DNA of 64,000 bases from the NCBI GenBank assembly GCA_013265495.1, contig MU058451.1, forward strand, positions 2,289,305 to 2,353,304, written 5' to 3'. The stretch is from Vicugna vicugna. Lineage: Eukaryota. Positions 23,998 through 36,038 of this stretch are shown piece after piece (the stretch's first letter is position 1; every line of letters begins with the position of its first letter). The translations under genes and the position numbers were made by a program. The notes beneath the pieces were generated by a model, which saw only the letters and a program-made list of their open reading frames with translations, was not told where the DNA came from and made no database searches.

Positions 23998-25479
23998 GCC
24001 AGGGCATTTTTAAGCGCGAGCAGCAGAATGGTCAGTGAGTTTATCTTAGAAATGTTGCATTTGGGGTGACGATCAATCCCCGGCAGACAGGTGGACGTCA
24101 GACCTGGCCCTCAGGAAAGAGGTGGGTGTGAGGGTTCTGGAACCATCTGCATAGAGGCTGTGAAGTGAAGGGAACTGGAAGAGTGGCGAAGCCCGGAATG
24201 AGAAGGTCCAGGGCTCAGAACCTGGGGAACGTGAGGAAGCAGTTCCATCGTAAAAGGTAACGTCGGAGAGGAGTTTCTCCTCCGGAGTTCAGAGCGGAGC
24301 AATAATCACCTCTGCCCGGTCTCGTCTGCAGTCTGAGTCACAGGTGAGAAACCTCCAACTGGCCCAAGAAGAGAGCTGGTGTGGCCAGGCCTGGGGCAGT
24401 GTCCCCAGAGGGGAAGGGCAGTGTTAACAGATGGCGTGTGGAGCCTGCCTACGAGGCACTCAGGCTCCAGGGGTCTGAAGCCGTGGTTCAAACAAACCAA
24501 AGGGGCATTTCTTCCTACGGGAAGCCTGGAGAGTGTCTTTGTTTGTCCATCATGTCTGCTTGCCCTCAGAAGCATGACTGGCTTCAATGTGCCAGCCACG
24601 TTTCGTGAGAACCCTGGGGAAAACCGAAAGGCCCTCAAGGGTCTCCAAGTGGATACACATTAGTACAAATGAACTCCTTTTTGACCTGCCCAAAGGATGG
24701 GGCAGACCCCGCTGCTCTCAGGCTGCCCACCCAGGCAGGCCCCCCTCTACCCCTCAAGCACTAGACTCAGTGGCCAAGAAGTGCTCTGGGCAGGTCCCCA
24801 GCTCTCCCTGGAAGTGGCAAGACTGCGCCTGACCACAGTCCCAGTGCTGTTCATTAGGTCAGACTCTTCTTGGGCAGTACCTACATTATAAGAGCTATTT
24901 CAAAGCACTTAACACATCTTCGTGACCACCTCCTTGGGCAAGCACTGAGACTGGGCAGCCATTTAGCCCAGAATACTCCTCACTAGGTCATGATTTCTCA
25001 TTTAACTTGCTGCACTTCTGTAGAGCACCTCCAAGATATCTTCCAGGAGCTTCTAATAAGCTTTTCAAGTAAAGTGTTGAAATGTTTCTCACCACTAGCC
25101 AAAAGCAAGAGAATTGATTAGCAAGAAAAACAATGCCATCTTCAGCCCAGATTCTAAGTTTGAGGTTTTCCTGTCAAGGTGATTTAAACCACGCTGCAGG
25201 GAGAGACGTGTGTTCATGGCAGCCATGAAAAATGCCCCCTTTGCCTTGCCCACACAGCCTGGGTGGTCCACCTAGACGCTGCTCAGCAGGCCTCCCCTCC
25301 TCTGCAGGGGAGGTGCCTGGCTCGTCCATCCTGGCCCTCTGTCTGCACCTAAGCTGTCACCCCAGCTGGCCTGGCTCTGGATGGGGCATGAGTGGTCCAG
25401 GAGGCCAATGGGCACGTGGGGCTCCTGGCCCAACACAGGCACGCAGCATCCTGCAGTCTGAGCTCCCATTTGAGCTCAG

Positions 25480-25912
25480 TGTCATGGGTTGAAATGTGCC
25501 CCTCCAAAGATAATGTTGAAGTCCTAACCCCCAGTTCCAGTAAATGGACCATATTTGGATACAGGACCTCTGCAGGTGTAAGCATGATGAGGTCATATTG
25601 CATGAAGGTGGGCCCTTAGTCCAATCACTGGAGCACTTTTAAGAAAGACGACAACACACAGGGAGACGACCACGTGACGACAGAGGCAATGATGGGAGGG
25701 AGGCAGTGACGCGCCAGGGAAGGTCGAGGATGGCCAGCGAGGACCAGAAGAAGTAAGGAGCAGATCCTCCCTCAGCCTCCAAGAAGGAATCGATCCTGTC
25801 AACACCTCGATTTCAGATTTCTAGTCTCTGGGACCGTGAGAGAATATATCTCTGCTGTTTCAGACACCCAGCTGGCGATACTCTGTTAAGGCAGCCCCAG
25901 GGGAAGGACACA
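25480..25912 (+). mobile_element. ERVL-MaLR solo LTR (MLT1B/C-like)
   Basis: tgtcatgggttgaaatgtgcccc start, ...ggcagccccaggggaaggacaca end; near-TSD ctcag/ctcca. Confidence 0.85.
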
Positions 25913-25929
25913 CTCCAGGTCGGCTGACA

Positions 25930-26120
25930 CGTGGCCTGAGCTCGAGTGCAGCTCTGCCCCCCACCAGCCGTATATCCTCGGCCTTTTTGCTAACCTCCAT
26001 AAAGCTCAGGCTCTGCATGTGTAAACTGGGAATGATAACGCACCTGTCTCAGGATGATCGCGAGGCATGCACAGGAGGACTCACCAAAGCACTCGGCACT
26101 GTGCCGACTACAGACAGTGG
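25930..26120 (+). mobile_element. MIR SINE
   Basis: aacctc..gctcaggctctgcatgtgtaaactgggaatgataac..acct; aaagcactcggcactgtgcc. Confidence 0.6.
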
Positions 26121-26229
26121 ATGTTGGAGAGGAGGCGTTAGGTTGAATTATATGAACCTGCCGTAACTCTGCTATATTTGACCTACAAAAAAGGCAGTTT
26201 CTTATGGTTTGGCCTCACAATAACAATGG

Positions 26230-27040
26230 TTGTGGTCGTGGTCACAGTACGGAGACCAGAGACCACTGTTTGGTTTTTCCAATGACAGTTCTCCATCCTC
26301 TGACACCAGCTGGGTGCCTCACAGCTCAGTTTCAATTCTGACACCACGCAGCTTTGCACAGAACCCACAGGTTAGGGGCGCAGCCCCACGAGACTGCCCC
26401 TGCTTCAGACGCCAGTTGCAAATGGGGGCCCTGGGCCACCCACACCTCTGTCCAGCTGACTACAAATTTGGGGGTTCCCACAGCACCCCCTCAGGTTTAC
26501 TAGAACTTCTGAGAACTCGGTACACACTATACTTAAGATTGTAGTTTATTAGATAGGGCACAAATGAACAGCCAGAGGAACAGGTACATAGATCAGGGAG
26601 GGGCCAGGGGAGGGTGGCACACAGCTTCTGAGCCATCTCAGGACACGCCACCCGCCCAACACCTTAGTGGTTCGCCAACCCGAAGGCTCTCTAAATCTTA
26701 TGGTTCAAGAATTATGGTGGTTTGATTACATGGGCATGATTGACTAAATCAGTGGCCATTGATAAATGAACTCAATCTCCTTCCTACCCTAGAGGTGGGA
26801 GGGGAGAGGTGGTAGTTGAAAATTCCAACCTTCTAAGCCAGGCCAGCCCCTCCTGGAAACTACCTAAGTGCCAGATCCTTGTCACCTCATTAGCATAAAC
26901 TCAGGTTTGGTTGAAAGGGACTTGTTATGAATAACAAAAGACACGCCCTTCACTCCTGAAGTTCCAAGGGCTTTAGAAGCTATGTGCCAGGAACTAGGAG
27001 GCAAGGAAAAAATATATTTTTTATTATACCACAAATATCT
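26230..27040 (-). mobile_element. LTR element, MER21-like
   Basis: Reverse complement begins tgtggtataataaaaaatata..ctagttcctggcacatagcttctaaagcccttggaa..gagtttatgctaatgaggtgac, typical of the MER21 group. Confidence 0.75.
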
Positions 27041-27053
27041 ACTGTGTTGCAAT

Positions 27054-27689
27054 TGATGCAGGGAAACGGACATGGGGTGTGAGGAGGGCCGAGTCCCAGG
27101 TCTCAGTTGAGACCCTGGGACATGCCCCGCCAAGTGTGGGTCCTTCGCTTCACGCAGCAAAGTATTCAAGTGCGAGCCACCGTTGAGTAAAGGTAGACTT
27201 ATTTAGAGAGCTACATACTGCATAGAGTGTGAGGCAAGAGAAAGGCAAGGAAAGAAGTGTGGGAGTTGGGTGCTCGGGGTAAAGTAAAAGCAGGTACACA
27301 CTCCATTGACAGAGTGCGGGCCATCTCCAAAGGGGAGAGAGCGAAAAGGGCCACTAGGCCTGGTGCTGTCACTTTTTATGGTCTCAGTAGCTTCACACGC
27401 CTGCAGGTGGGATCAATCCAACTGCCCTGGGGAAGGGGCTGGGATTCCCAGGAACTGGGCCACCACTCATTCTTTGGCCTTTTGAGGTTAGCCTTGGGGC
27501 TGTCATGGCGCCTGCGGGCATGTTATTTGATCCTGCTGTTACAACGAGCATATAATGAAGCTCAAGGTCTGCTAGAAGTTAAACCTCTTAATCCTTAAGG
27601 CCCACAGGGAGGTGAATCTTCCACCATTTTGGTGTTAAATTGCTGTCATTCCTTGAGTAGCTGTGGCCTGCCCCCTCCCCCCCGTCTCA
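27054..27689 (-). mobile_element. ERV1-class solo LTR, 636 bp
   Basis: TG...CA termini flanked by a perfect 4-bp TSD CAAT (27050-27053, 27690-27693). Minus-strand TATA-like CATAAAAA near 27375. Confidence 0.8.
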
Positions 27690-29264
27690 CAATTATTTGT
27701 GTATCGAGGACAAGAGTCCTGTTCATTCATCTCAACTGTCCTGGTCCTAGCACCTCAGAGAGAGTTAGCGCACAGCTAGATACTCAGTTCATGTTGACCT
27801 GAATGACCTCTGTGCTCTGCACATATTACCTGGGGGCTGTCTCATCTGTGAAACAAAAAGGGCACTTCCCAAATCTTCTGAACTTTTTTTCCTGCTCTGT
27901 TGCTTCAAAAAGAACCACAAGGACAAAGGAATTTTTTTATCTACGAGGCCTTCAGAGCTTTCGCTCTGACCATGGTCACCGGGTATGCAAGTTTTCCAAG
28001 ACCAGAGAGGTTTGTAAGGTGCCTACAGATCCTCCTCCACAGATGCTGGTCCTCCCAGCCCCTGAGAATGTCTGGCCAGCCTTGGAAAAGTCAAGAGAGA
28101 AAAACAAAAGTTCGCTATGTTTTGAAAAGGAGAAGCATTGAGGCAGACACAGAGAAGTTGAATTGGACCCCTAAAGCACCATATTCTTCTGGCTTGAAGT
28201 GACACTAGAAAGCTTTGTCTTTTCAGGAAAAGAAGAGAAAAATAAAATAAAATAAATAGAAGCTTCTCTTGTCCAGACACTGCCTTTCATTTTCTACTGC
28301 TTTGCTCTGAGTTCGGCAATAGCATTGTCAGATTTTCTGGGCTCTGCTGTGAGATGGATGCTAAAGGGTCTTTGCAATATCTCTGGAAGTGGACCTAAGA
28401 TGCTTTTCTCATGACAGCCTCTGGAGCCCAATCCACTGCCCTCAGCATTCCTGCAGCGGAGGGAGTCCCTCCTGGACTGATGGCTGGGAAACGCAGAACC
28501 TGGCCAAGGAGTGAAGAAACGAATCCGGCTGTCACGGAAGGAACTTGATGGAGCAAAAGCTGCAGCCCCGGGGGAGATTCCCTAACCACAGTTCCTCCAG
28601 CTGCTCCGACTTCCTGCTCCACCACCGCCTGGAGTCTGTCCCTGAGGACCTCTCCGCAGCCAGCTGAAAACCCAGGAACCATTTCTCCTTACCTGCTACA
28701 CATGCAACAGAGCACATTCTGGAGAAGAGGGACTGGCCGGATTCCCCAGTCTGGGACGGAGTTTTTGGAAAATGAGTTTCATTCACACCTCTAGGTTTTA
28801 ACTCAGAGAGGCACAGAATAAAAAGTTTGTTCAATTTGGGTTCCTCTGGCCTATTCTCAATGAAGAAATGTCTGTTTGAAATGATTTCTCTTAGAAGGGA
28901 AGAAGTAGTAATTTACAGATAGGAGAAAAGAGAAATCAAGTAACTTCAAAAGTTGGGTAAATGTCAGTTAAAGAGGAAAGGATGAAGTTATGGTAGACTA
29001 GAGAAAATGCCTCGAACTGGAGGAAACTACTTTGCCCTTCCTGGCAGCGGAGACTTGTAGGCTGAAGTAAGATACCAGCCTTAGGAGTTTCTAGTGTGTT
29101 CTCGTTCATCAGACCCCAAAATCAGATTCATCTGCAAACAATCCAGTTACAATTTTGGAGGTGGGAAGATGAGAAAGGAAAGGAGAAGAAAAAGTTTCTA
29201 TATTTCCAACTTCAAGTGAGATCTATTTAAAGAAAACCCTCCAGTCTTAGAAGAACAGCTATTT

Positions 29265-29925
29265 AAAAGACTGGAACCCTTGCGCATTATTAGTAGGAAA
29301 GTAAAATGGTGCAGCCACAGCAGAAAAAGTACGGTGGCCCCTGAAAAAATTAAAAATAGAATTTTCATATAATCCAGCAATTCCACTTCTGGGTATCTAT
29401 CCGAAAGAGGTAAAAGTAGGATCTTGAAGAGATATTTGTAACCCATTTTCATAGTCACTATAGCCAAAGGGTGGAACAAACTCACATGTCCATTGACAGA
29501 GGAATGGTTAAACAAAACATGGTCTATACATACAGTGGAATATTATTCAGCCTTCAAAAGAAAGGAAATTTTGAGACATGCTACAACATGAATGAAGCTT
29601 GAGAACATAAAGCTAAGTGAAATAAACTGGTCACAGAAGGAAAAATACTGTATGATTCCACTCATATGAGGTACCTAGAGTAGTCAAATTCACAGGGACA
29701 GAAAGTAGAATGGTTGTCGGCGGGGGGCTGCTTGTTGTGGGGGCTGGGAGGAGAGAAGGGAAATGGGGAGCTATTAATAAGTACAGAGCTTCAGTTTAGC
29801 AAGACAAAAAAGTTCAAGAGATTGATTACACAACAATGTGAATATACGTAACACTATTGAACTGTAAGCCTAAAAATGGTCAAGATGGTTAAAATACGTT
29901 ATGTGTATTTTATCACAATTTAAAA
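29265..29925 (+). mobile_element. L1 3' end (L1MB-like)
   Basis: ccagcaattccacttctgggtat; tggaatattattcagcc; ctaagtgaaataa; acaacaatgtgaatatac... Confidence 0.88.
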
Positions 29926-29929
29926 AGCA

Positions 29930-30100
29930 GGGGGGAGGGTATAGCTCAAGGGGTAGAGTACATGCTTAGCATGCACGGGGTCCGGGGTTCAATTCCCAGT
30001 ACCTCCATGAAAACAAAACAAAACAAAACAAGACAAAATTTTTTCAATTCTGTTTTTAAAAAAAGAATAATTAAGAAAAAAAAAGAATAAAAAAACCCAA
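29930..30100 (+). mobile_element. tRNA-Ala-derived SINE (short form) at the L1 tail
   Basis: GGGGGAGGGTATAGCTCAAGGGGTAGAG..GGTTCAATTCCCAGTACCTCCA followed by (AAAAC)n / A-rich tail. Confidence 0.9.
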
Positions 30101-31694
30101 AACAGTTGAATGGCCTGGCTTTTGGGGCCACTATTGAGAAGGCAGCATTCCATAACTAGCCATGGCCAATGGGCTCCTTACCCGATGTCATCTTTGCCTG
30201 TGGCAGGAGATGAAGAAATCATAGGACAAACACTGAGCTGATACCACGTGCTGTGCACTGAGGATGCAAAGACGCACATCTTTAGGGGACCGCAGTTCAG
30301 ACATTCAGGTGGAATGATTTCTCTATGAGCACTCCAAAGACTGTTGCCACGTGTACTTTCTAGGTGACCAGCACTGCCAGCTCTGGCTTACCGTGGCTTC
30401 TCCAGCTCCCAGGCAGCACCTCACTCATAATGTGGGGCAGGTCCACAGGAAATACAGCACCATTTCCCCACTAGTCTCATGAGATGCTACCAGAAAAGCG
30501 CTCCCCGGCCAGAGGCGGTTTCCAGGGCACCGTGAACAACCCCACGGTCCACAGGGGCAGTCAGTTTTGAGCAACCCCTGGAATTCGGCTGCTGTTTGCA
30601 CCTCTGTGTGTCTGCTCCTGGCTGGACCAGGTGCCCTCTGGGAATCAGAATTAAATCTTGGTTTTCTTCTGAGTGCTTGATACCCAGTAGGCATGCAGGG
30701 CACATGAGCTGTTATTTTGCACACTTCTTTCCCCGCCAAAACAGCGGAAGAACTACCCAGTTGGGAACCAACTCTCTGCCTGGCCTGGGGTGGAAAGTAA
30801 TGGAAGCCAGAATGACTTTTCCCAAGAGTCTTCGGGTCCCTCAGGTCAGTTGTAAATGATCTGAGAGGCAGGACCAGGAACCACAAGGCTGAGGCCTGGT
30901 GGGGATCTGACAGCCCGCAGAGGAACCGAGCAGAGACCCCAAGGGCAGGGGCGGGCCACCAGTTGTCCCAGGCTCTGCACAGGGGGCCAGGTGCTAACAC
31001 AGGTGTCACCTGGTAGAAAAATGACACCTCTGGGCTCCCAGGTCTTCAGGCCACCTGTCCTCAGCCACACTCACACGCCTGTGTAAGAGCAGCCCCACCA
31101 CGAATTCACACGGCAGCCCTGCTGCTGCAGTTCCTGAGGTCACTGATGAGGCTCCAGGCACTAAATTCTCAGATGAAATTTTCCAATCTCCCATTCATAT
31201 TGTTATTATATTATATTATTATTGTTGTTGTTATTCCGTAGCTTTACCCTGTCAATTTTCAATTGTATATTGTCTCATTCATGTATTTCTCTCCAACTCA
31301 CATGCCTTCCCCCACCTACATTCCCAACATTCTCCTGGATTTACTTTCTTCCTGGGGAACTTTGAGCTCCGGCCAGGCCATTCCTACTGGTTTCCTACTT
31401 CCAACATCGTCTTTCAAGCTCAGCCCCCGTTTCCCTGGACCTGCCTCAGGTCTCATTCCCTTCACCGGGCCTCAAAATCGCCCCACCAGAAGTGCCGTCT
31501 CCTTCCCTGCACAGAACTCTCAGAAGGCCAGGTCCTGGCTGGGAGAACTCACTGTTCACATCTCTGCTGAAAGCAATTGGAAGACAGGGATCTTACCTTA
31601 ATCACGTTTGTATGTCTCCTCTGGAATACCATGACCCCATGCCTAGCACACAATCTCTGATCAGAAAATTTTTATTGAAAGAATACATGCAACA

Positions 31695-32515
31695 ATAACA
31701 AGCCAAACAGCCCAATTAAAACATGGGCAAAGAACTCGAATAGACATTTCTCCAAGGATTATCTACAACTGGCCAGCAAGCTCACGAAAAGATGTTCAGT
31801 GTCAGCAGTCACTAGAGAAACACCAATGAAAGCCATGATAAATAAGAGACCCCTTCGCATCCACTAGGATGGCTATCATAATAATTTTTTTAAAAAACAA
31901 AAAATAAATGTTGGTGACGATGTGGGAAAACTGGTACAGTTGTACATTGTGGGTGGGAATGCAACATGGTGCAGCTGCCGTGGAAAACAGTTTGGTAGTT
32001 CCTCGAAAAATTAAACACAGAACTACCATGTGGCCCAGCAATACTGATCCTCAAAAAATTAGAAATAGGTATTCAAACGAAAACTTACCCAGGAAGGTTC
32101 ATGGCAGCGCTATTCACAATAGTCAAAAGGTAGAAACAATGTAAACTACCAGTAGTTGAAGGTACGACACGTGCCACGACAGGAATGAGCCTTGCAAACG
32201 TTACCCTAAGTGAAAGAAGCCAGGTGCAAAAGCTGACCTGTTACTGTACCATTCCGTTATATGGAATGTCCAGAATAGGCAACTCTGTAGCAGCAAAATG
32301 TAGATCCATCATTGTTCACGACTGGGAACAGAGATGGGTGTTGGGGTGTGAGAGTTAAACTGTAGGGGCTTTTTCTCTGTGATGATAAAAATCTTCTAAA
32401 ATTGACTGTGGTGATGGTGGCACAACCCTGTGAATATACTAAAAACCATTGAATTGTACACTTTGGGTGAATTGTGTGGTATGTAAATTCTATTTCAATA
32501 CAGCTGTTTTTAAAA
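31695..32515 (+). mobile_element. L1 3' fragment (L1M-type)
   Basis: cccaattaaaacatgggcaaaga..tagacatttctccaagg; tggaaaacagtttggtagttcctc; ORF 31908..32144 resembles a decayed L1 ORF2 C-terminus. Confidence 0.85.
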
Positions 32516-34554
32516 AGAATAAATGAAGATATTTAATAAACTCTTAACATCTAAGTGTTTGCATTCGTGTCTTCAGATATTCATGCGATATACCAAAGAT
32601 GACATGCCATCATTTAAAATTTGCGGGGACCCAGTTTGAATTCCACAAGTCAGGAAGCTGTCATATTGGAGGGAGTCCTCGGGCCAAGTGGGGAGACCGA
32701 ATGCCAGCCGGATTTCATTACACTCACAGGGCATTTGTTTTATACACTAAGATAGAAGAGAAGTGATAGACATTCCAGTGCCACTTTGTTTTTTTGTGAA
32801 AAAAAAAATGGCCCTGGTCGGTGGAGAGGGGAGTCATAAAATCAATAGATATAAAAAAGTGATGCTGTTTCGCTAGTTGGAATTCCAGGAAAGTCTGTGT
32901 GTTTCCCCAGGAAATACTGAACATCTAGTGTGTTTAGAATCCTGGCCTTTACAGAGGGAAGGAAGTCACCACAAATCTAGAGTCCAACTTGGAATTAATA
33001 TCCAAACAAAACTCACTGGCTGGAGATAAAGATCTTTCTATACAGGTGCCAGGAGAGGTGTAGACAAAGTATTCGTGATCATGTGGTTTAAGGAGAATAA
33101 AGTGATCCTACTTATCTTTACACCCACTATGGAAATAACTCCCAGGGCTGAGGTACTTGCAGGGGAAAGATGGAGGAGAGGCTGTGAAAGAGAATATAGA
33201 TTCTGTGGCCCGTGGATAAAGAGCCACCCCACCTCTCCCACATGCGGAGCCATGGGGAGGTGGCAATAGCCAAGGGGATTCTCCCAGGGGCATTGCTGGG
33301 GAACCTGCTGCCTTAGTGTGGGCACAGAGGCGGTAAGTAGGTTCAGGGCCCCCATGCAGCTCCAGCATGACTTTTGTGGTCCCAAGTGTGGAGACAGACA
33401 CAGCCACTAGGGAAGCACAGAATCCAAATGTGTGTCATTAAACAGCTCTAAGAGTTGTGGTCTGACTAGACAGGAAGAATATATGGGAGGGAGGGGATTC
33501 TGAACAGAATCAGGCAGTAAATAAATAAGATGAAGCGACCTTGGTGCAGGGAGTTGCAGACTCAGACCAGATGGGAGACTTGGGTGATGTGCACCTTGAA
33601 CCCCAGAGATTCCAACCCCCTTTACAAGGCATGGAGTTCCTTTCACGACAGTTCAACTCATCATGTCAGTATCTCGAGGAAAACTGGGTCCTGTGTCCAG
33701 AGCAAAATCCCAGAGCTGTATCGCCTTAGTCCGCTGAGATGGAAAATACAACTTGCTTGGTTCAACTTTACTGTTTCCTCCATGAGTAAGTGTCTTTCAA
33801 CCTTGGAAGGGATTCAAATTAAGTATTTATACTTTTCTATTAGATTTTGCAACAATTTGTGTATATTGAGCCTTTCCCATGTTTATAATGTTTAAGAGGA
33901 GCTGGCATTAAAGAATCTAATATATTAGCCTCATGATTCCAATTTAAAATGTGCAATTGAGTGATTGTTTAGATTTGTGATTTTACTAGGTTTGTAAACA
34001 ATATTGGAATGTTTATGAGAACTTGAGATGCACTGTATTTTTAAGTTTAATTTATTACACTTACTAGGATCGTTTTAGAATTGGGGAATGTTCTGATTGT
34101 TAGGTATTTGAAGTGTTTATAAATAAAACCAAATACTTTACATTTATAAATCCAATTTAAAATATATAAGGGGATTTAATTAACAAAATGTAAAAAGCCC
34201 CTTTAAGAGTGATTGTTAAAATTTACAAGATTTATAAATAAAATAAGGAGCGTTGTCAGTTGAACTTAAAAGCTTAAGGTAAATTAGGGGTTTTCTCAAA
34301 GTATTATTTAAATAAATTGAGTATAATTTTTAAAAAGTAACCACACATAGTGCCGCCTCTACACACAGAGCTCTCCTCCGGGACATTACACAAGTCACTG
34401 GCTATCGCACTTTACAGAAGTGGCAGAGGGGCTCCCAGGGCCCCTCCGGTGGGAGAACAGGGAGGGGGGCAGCAACGTGCTGACATGGGTGACCAGATGT
34501 TCCTCTCCCTAGTCCTGCTGCACAAGCATAGAAGCTCCATGGAATCTTTTCCCA

Positions 34555-34682
34555 CCTTTTTATTATGAAAATTTTCAAATATACAAACAGTTGAAAAACA
34601 TTCAGTACAACGAACACTCATATACCCACCACCTAGATTTCAACCATTGTAAACTTTGTCATACTGCTTTTATTTACATCTA

Positions 34683-34717
<35 letters not shown>

Positions 34718-35700
34718 GTCATCTACCCATCTGTCTTTCAGAACCATTACAAAGCAATCTGCAGATATCATGACACTTCATCTCAAAATGCTTCAGTATA
34801 GATCTCCTAAAAGTAAGGATATTCTCTTATAGAAAAAACCATAATACTGTATCACTCCTGACAATGTTAACAATGATTTCTTAATGTCATCTAAATTCCC
34901 AGTGTACATTCAAATGTTCTCAAATATGGGAAGGAGGGTATAGTTCAAGTGGTAGAGTGTATGCTTAGCATACACAAGGTCCTGAGTTCAATCCCCAGTA
35001 TTTCCTTTAAAAATAAATAAGTAAACCTAATTACCTCCCCTGCCCCCCCAATTTTTTTAATTTAAAAAAAAAACAAAGCAAAAATGTTGTCAAATATATG
35101 TCCAAATGACTCTTTTTCCTTTTGTGTCTGATTAATTTATATTATGTTCTTGAGATACATGTATGTTGGGTGATGCAGTAGGATATTCTGTTTAATGTGT
35201 ATATAAACAGAATGCTGGACTGTAACTGTATTATACTGCTGTATCATATTCCGTCATATTATATATATATGTATTTGTATGTCCATTCGGCTGGTTATAT
35301 GCATTATTGTTGCTTCCAGTTTTTGCCTCTTCAAATGGTGCTTTCTTAAACTACATTCCCAACAAGAATCATGCATCACGTGTCTCTTCGTAGTACTTTA
35401 ATCTGGAACAGCCTTTCGCCTTTATCATAGCTTTCATGAAGCTAATGGGCTTCCAGGGTCAGTGGTCTTGAAAAACATCCCAAATTCTGAATTCGTCTAT
35501 TTTCTTTTTTTATGACACTGTTTTAATCTGTTTCTCTATCTCTGGGTTTCCTGTAAACTGGAAGTTAGACCAAAAGGCTGGTTTGGGTTCAGTTTAAATA
35601 TGTTTGGCAAGAATGCTTCATAGGTGATACTGTGTACTGAATATTATATCATATTTGGAGACTCATAAAATTAGGTTGTCCCACTATAATGTGGTTAAGG
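34555..35700 (-). mobile_element. Old L1 (L1MC/ME-like) fragment interrupted by a (TCTG/TCTA)n repeat and a SINE
   Basis: ttttattatgaaaattttcaaatatacaaa..tacccaccacctagatt; gacacttcatctcaaaatgcttcagtat. Confidence 0.65.
34928..35081 (+). mobile_element. tRNA-Ala-derived SINE (Vic-1-like)
   Basis: tRNA head plus AAACCTAATTACCTCCCC plus A tail. TSD AAATGTTCTCAAATAT (34912-34927) / AAATGTTGTCAAATAT (35082-35097). Confidence 0.92.
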
Positions 35701-35949
35701 AACACAGCAATCACAAAGTAAATATTGCCTGTTATAAACCCCATCTTACAGATGAGGAAACTGAAACCTCTACATTTGCAGCTCTCTTTAGGTAACCTAG
35801 CTTATGAGTGACAAAGCTGAGGGCTCAAACTCGGGCCCTCTGATTCCAAATTCAATCTTCTTTCCCTTTATGATCCAAATTCCCAGCTTCTTAGAGTTAA
35901 AAGCCACCTTACAAGTCATTCATTTACTTATTTGTTCATTCAGCAATTT

Positions 35950-36038
35950 TTTCTCCTTTAATGGTGATACTAGGGATGGCATCCAGGATCTCACGCATGC
36001 TAAGCGCACACTCTACCACTGAGCTGTATCCTCACCCC
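35950..36038 (-). mobile_element. tRNA-Ala-derived SINE (short, diverged) inside an L2 3' end
   Basis: caggatctcacgcatgctaagcgcacactctaccactgagctgtatcctc. Confidence 0.8.

Noticed and set aside
28395..28700. Possible processed pseudogene or exon-like GC-rich stretch
   Set aside because: No frame gave a recognisable protein; no polyA tail or TSD.
30425..31027. 200-aa minus-strand ORF
   Set aside because: No recognisable domain, non-ATG start, no supporting exon structure; consistent with a chance ORF in GC-richer DNA.
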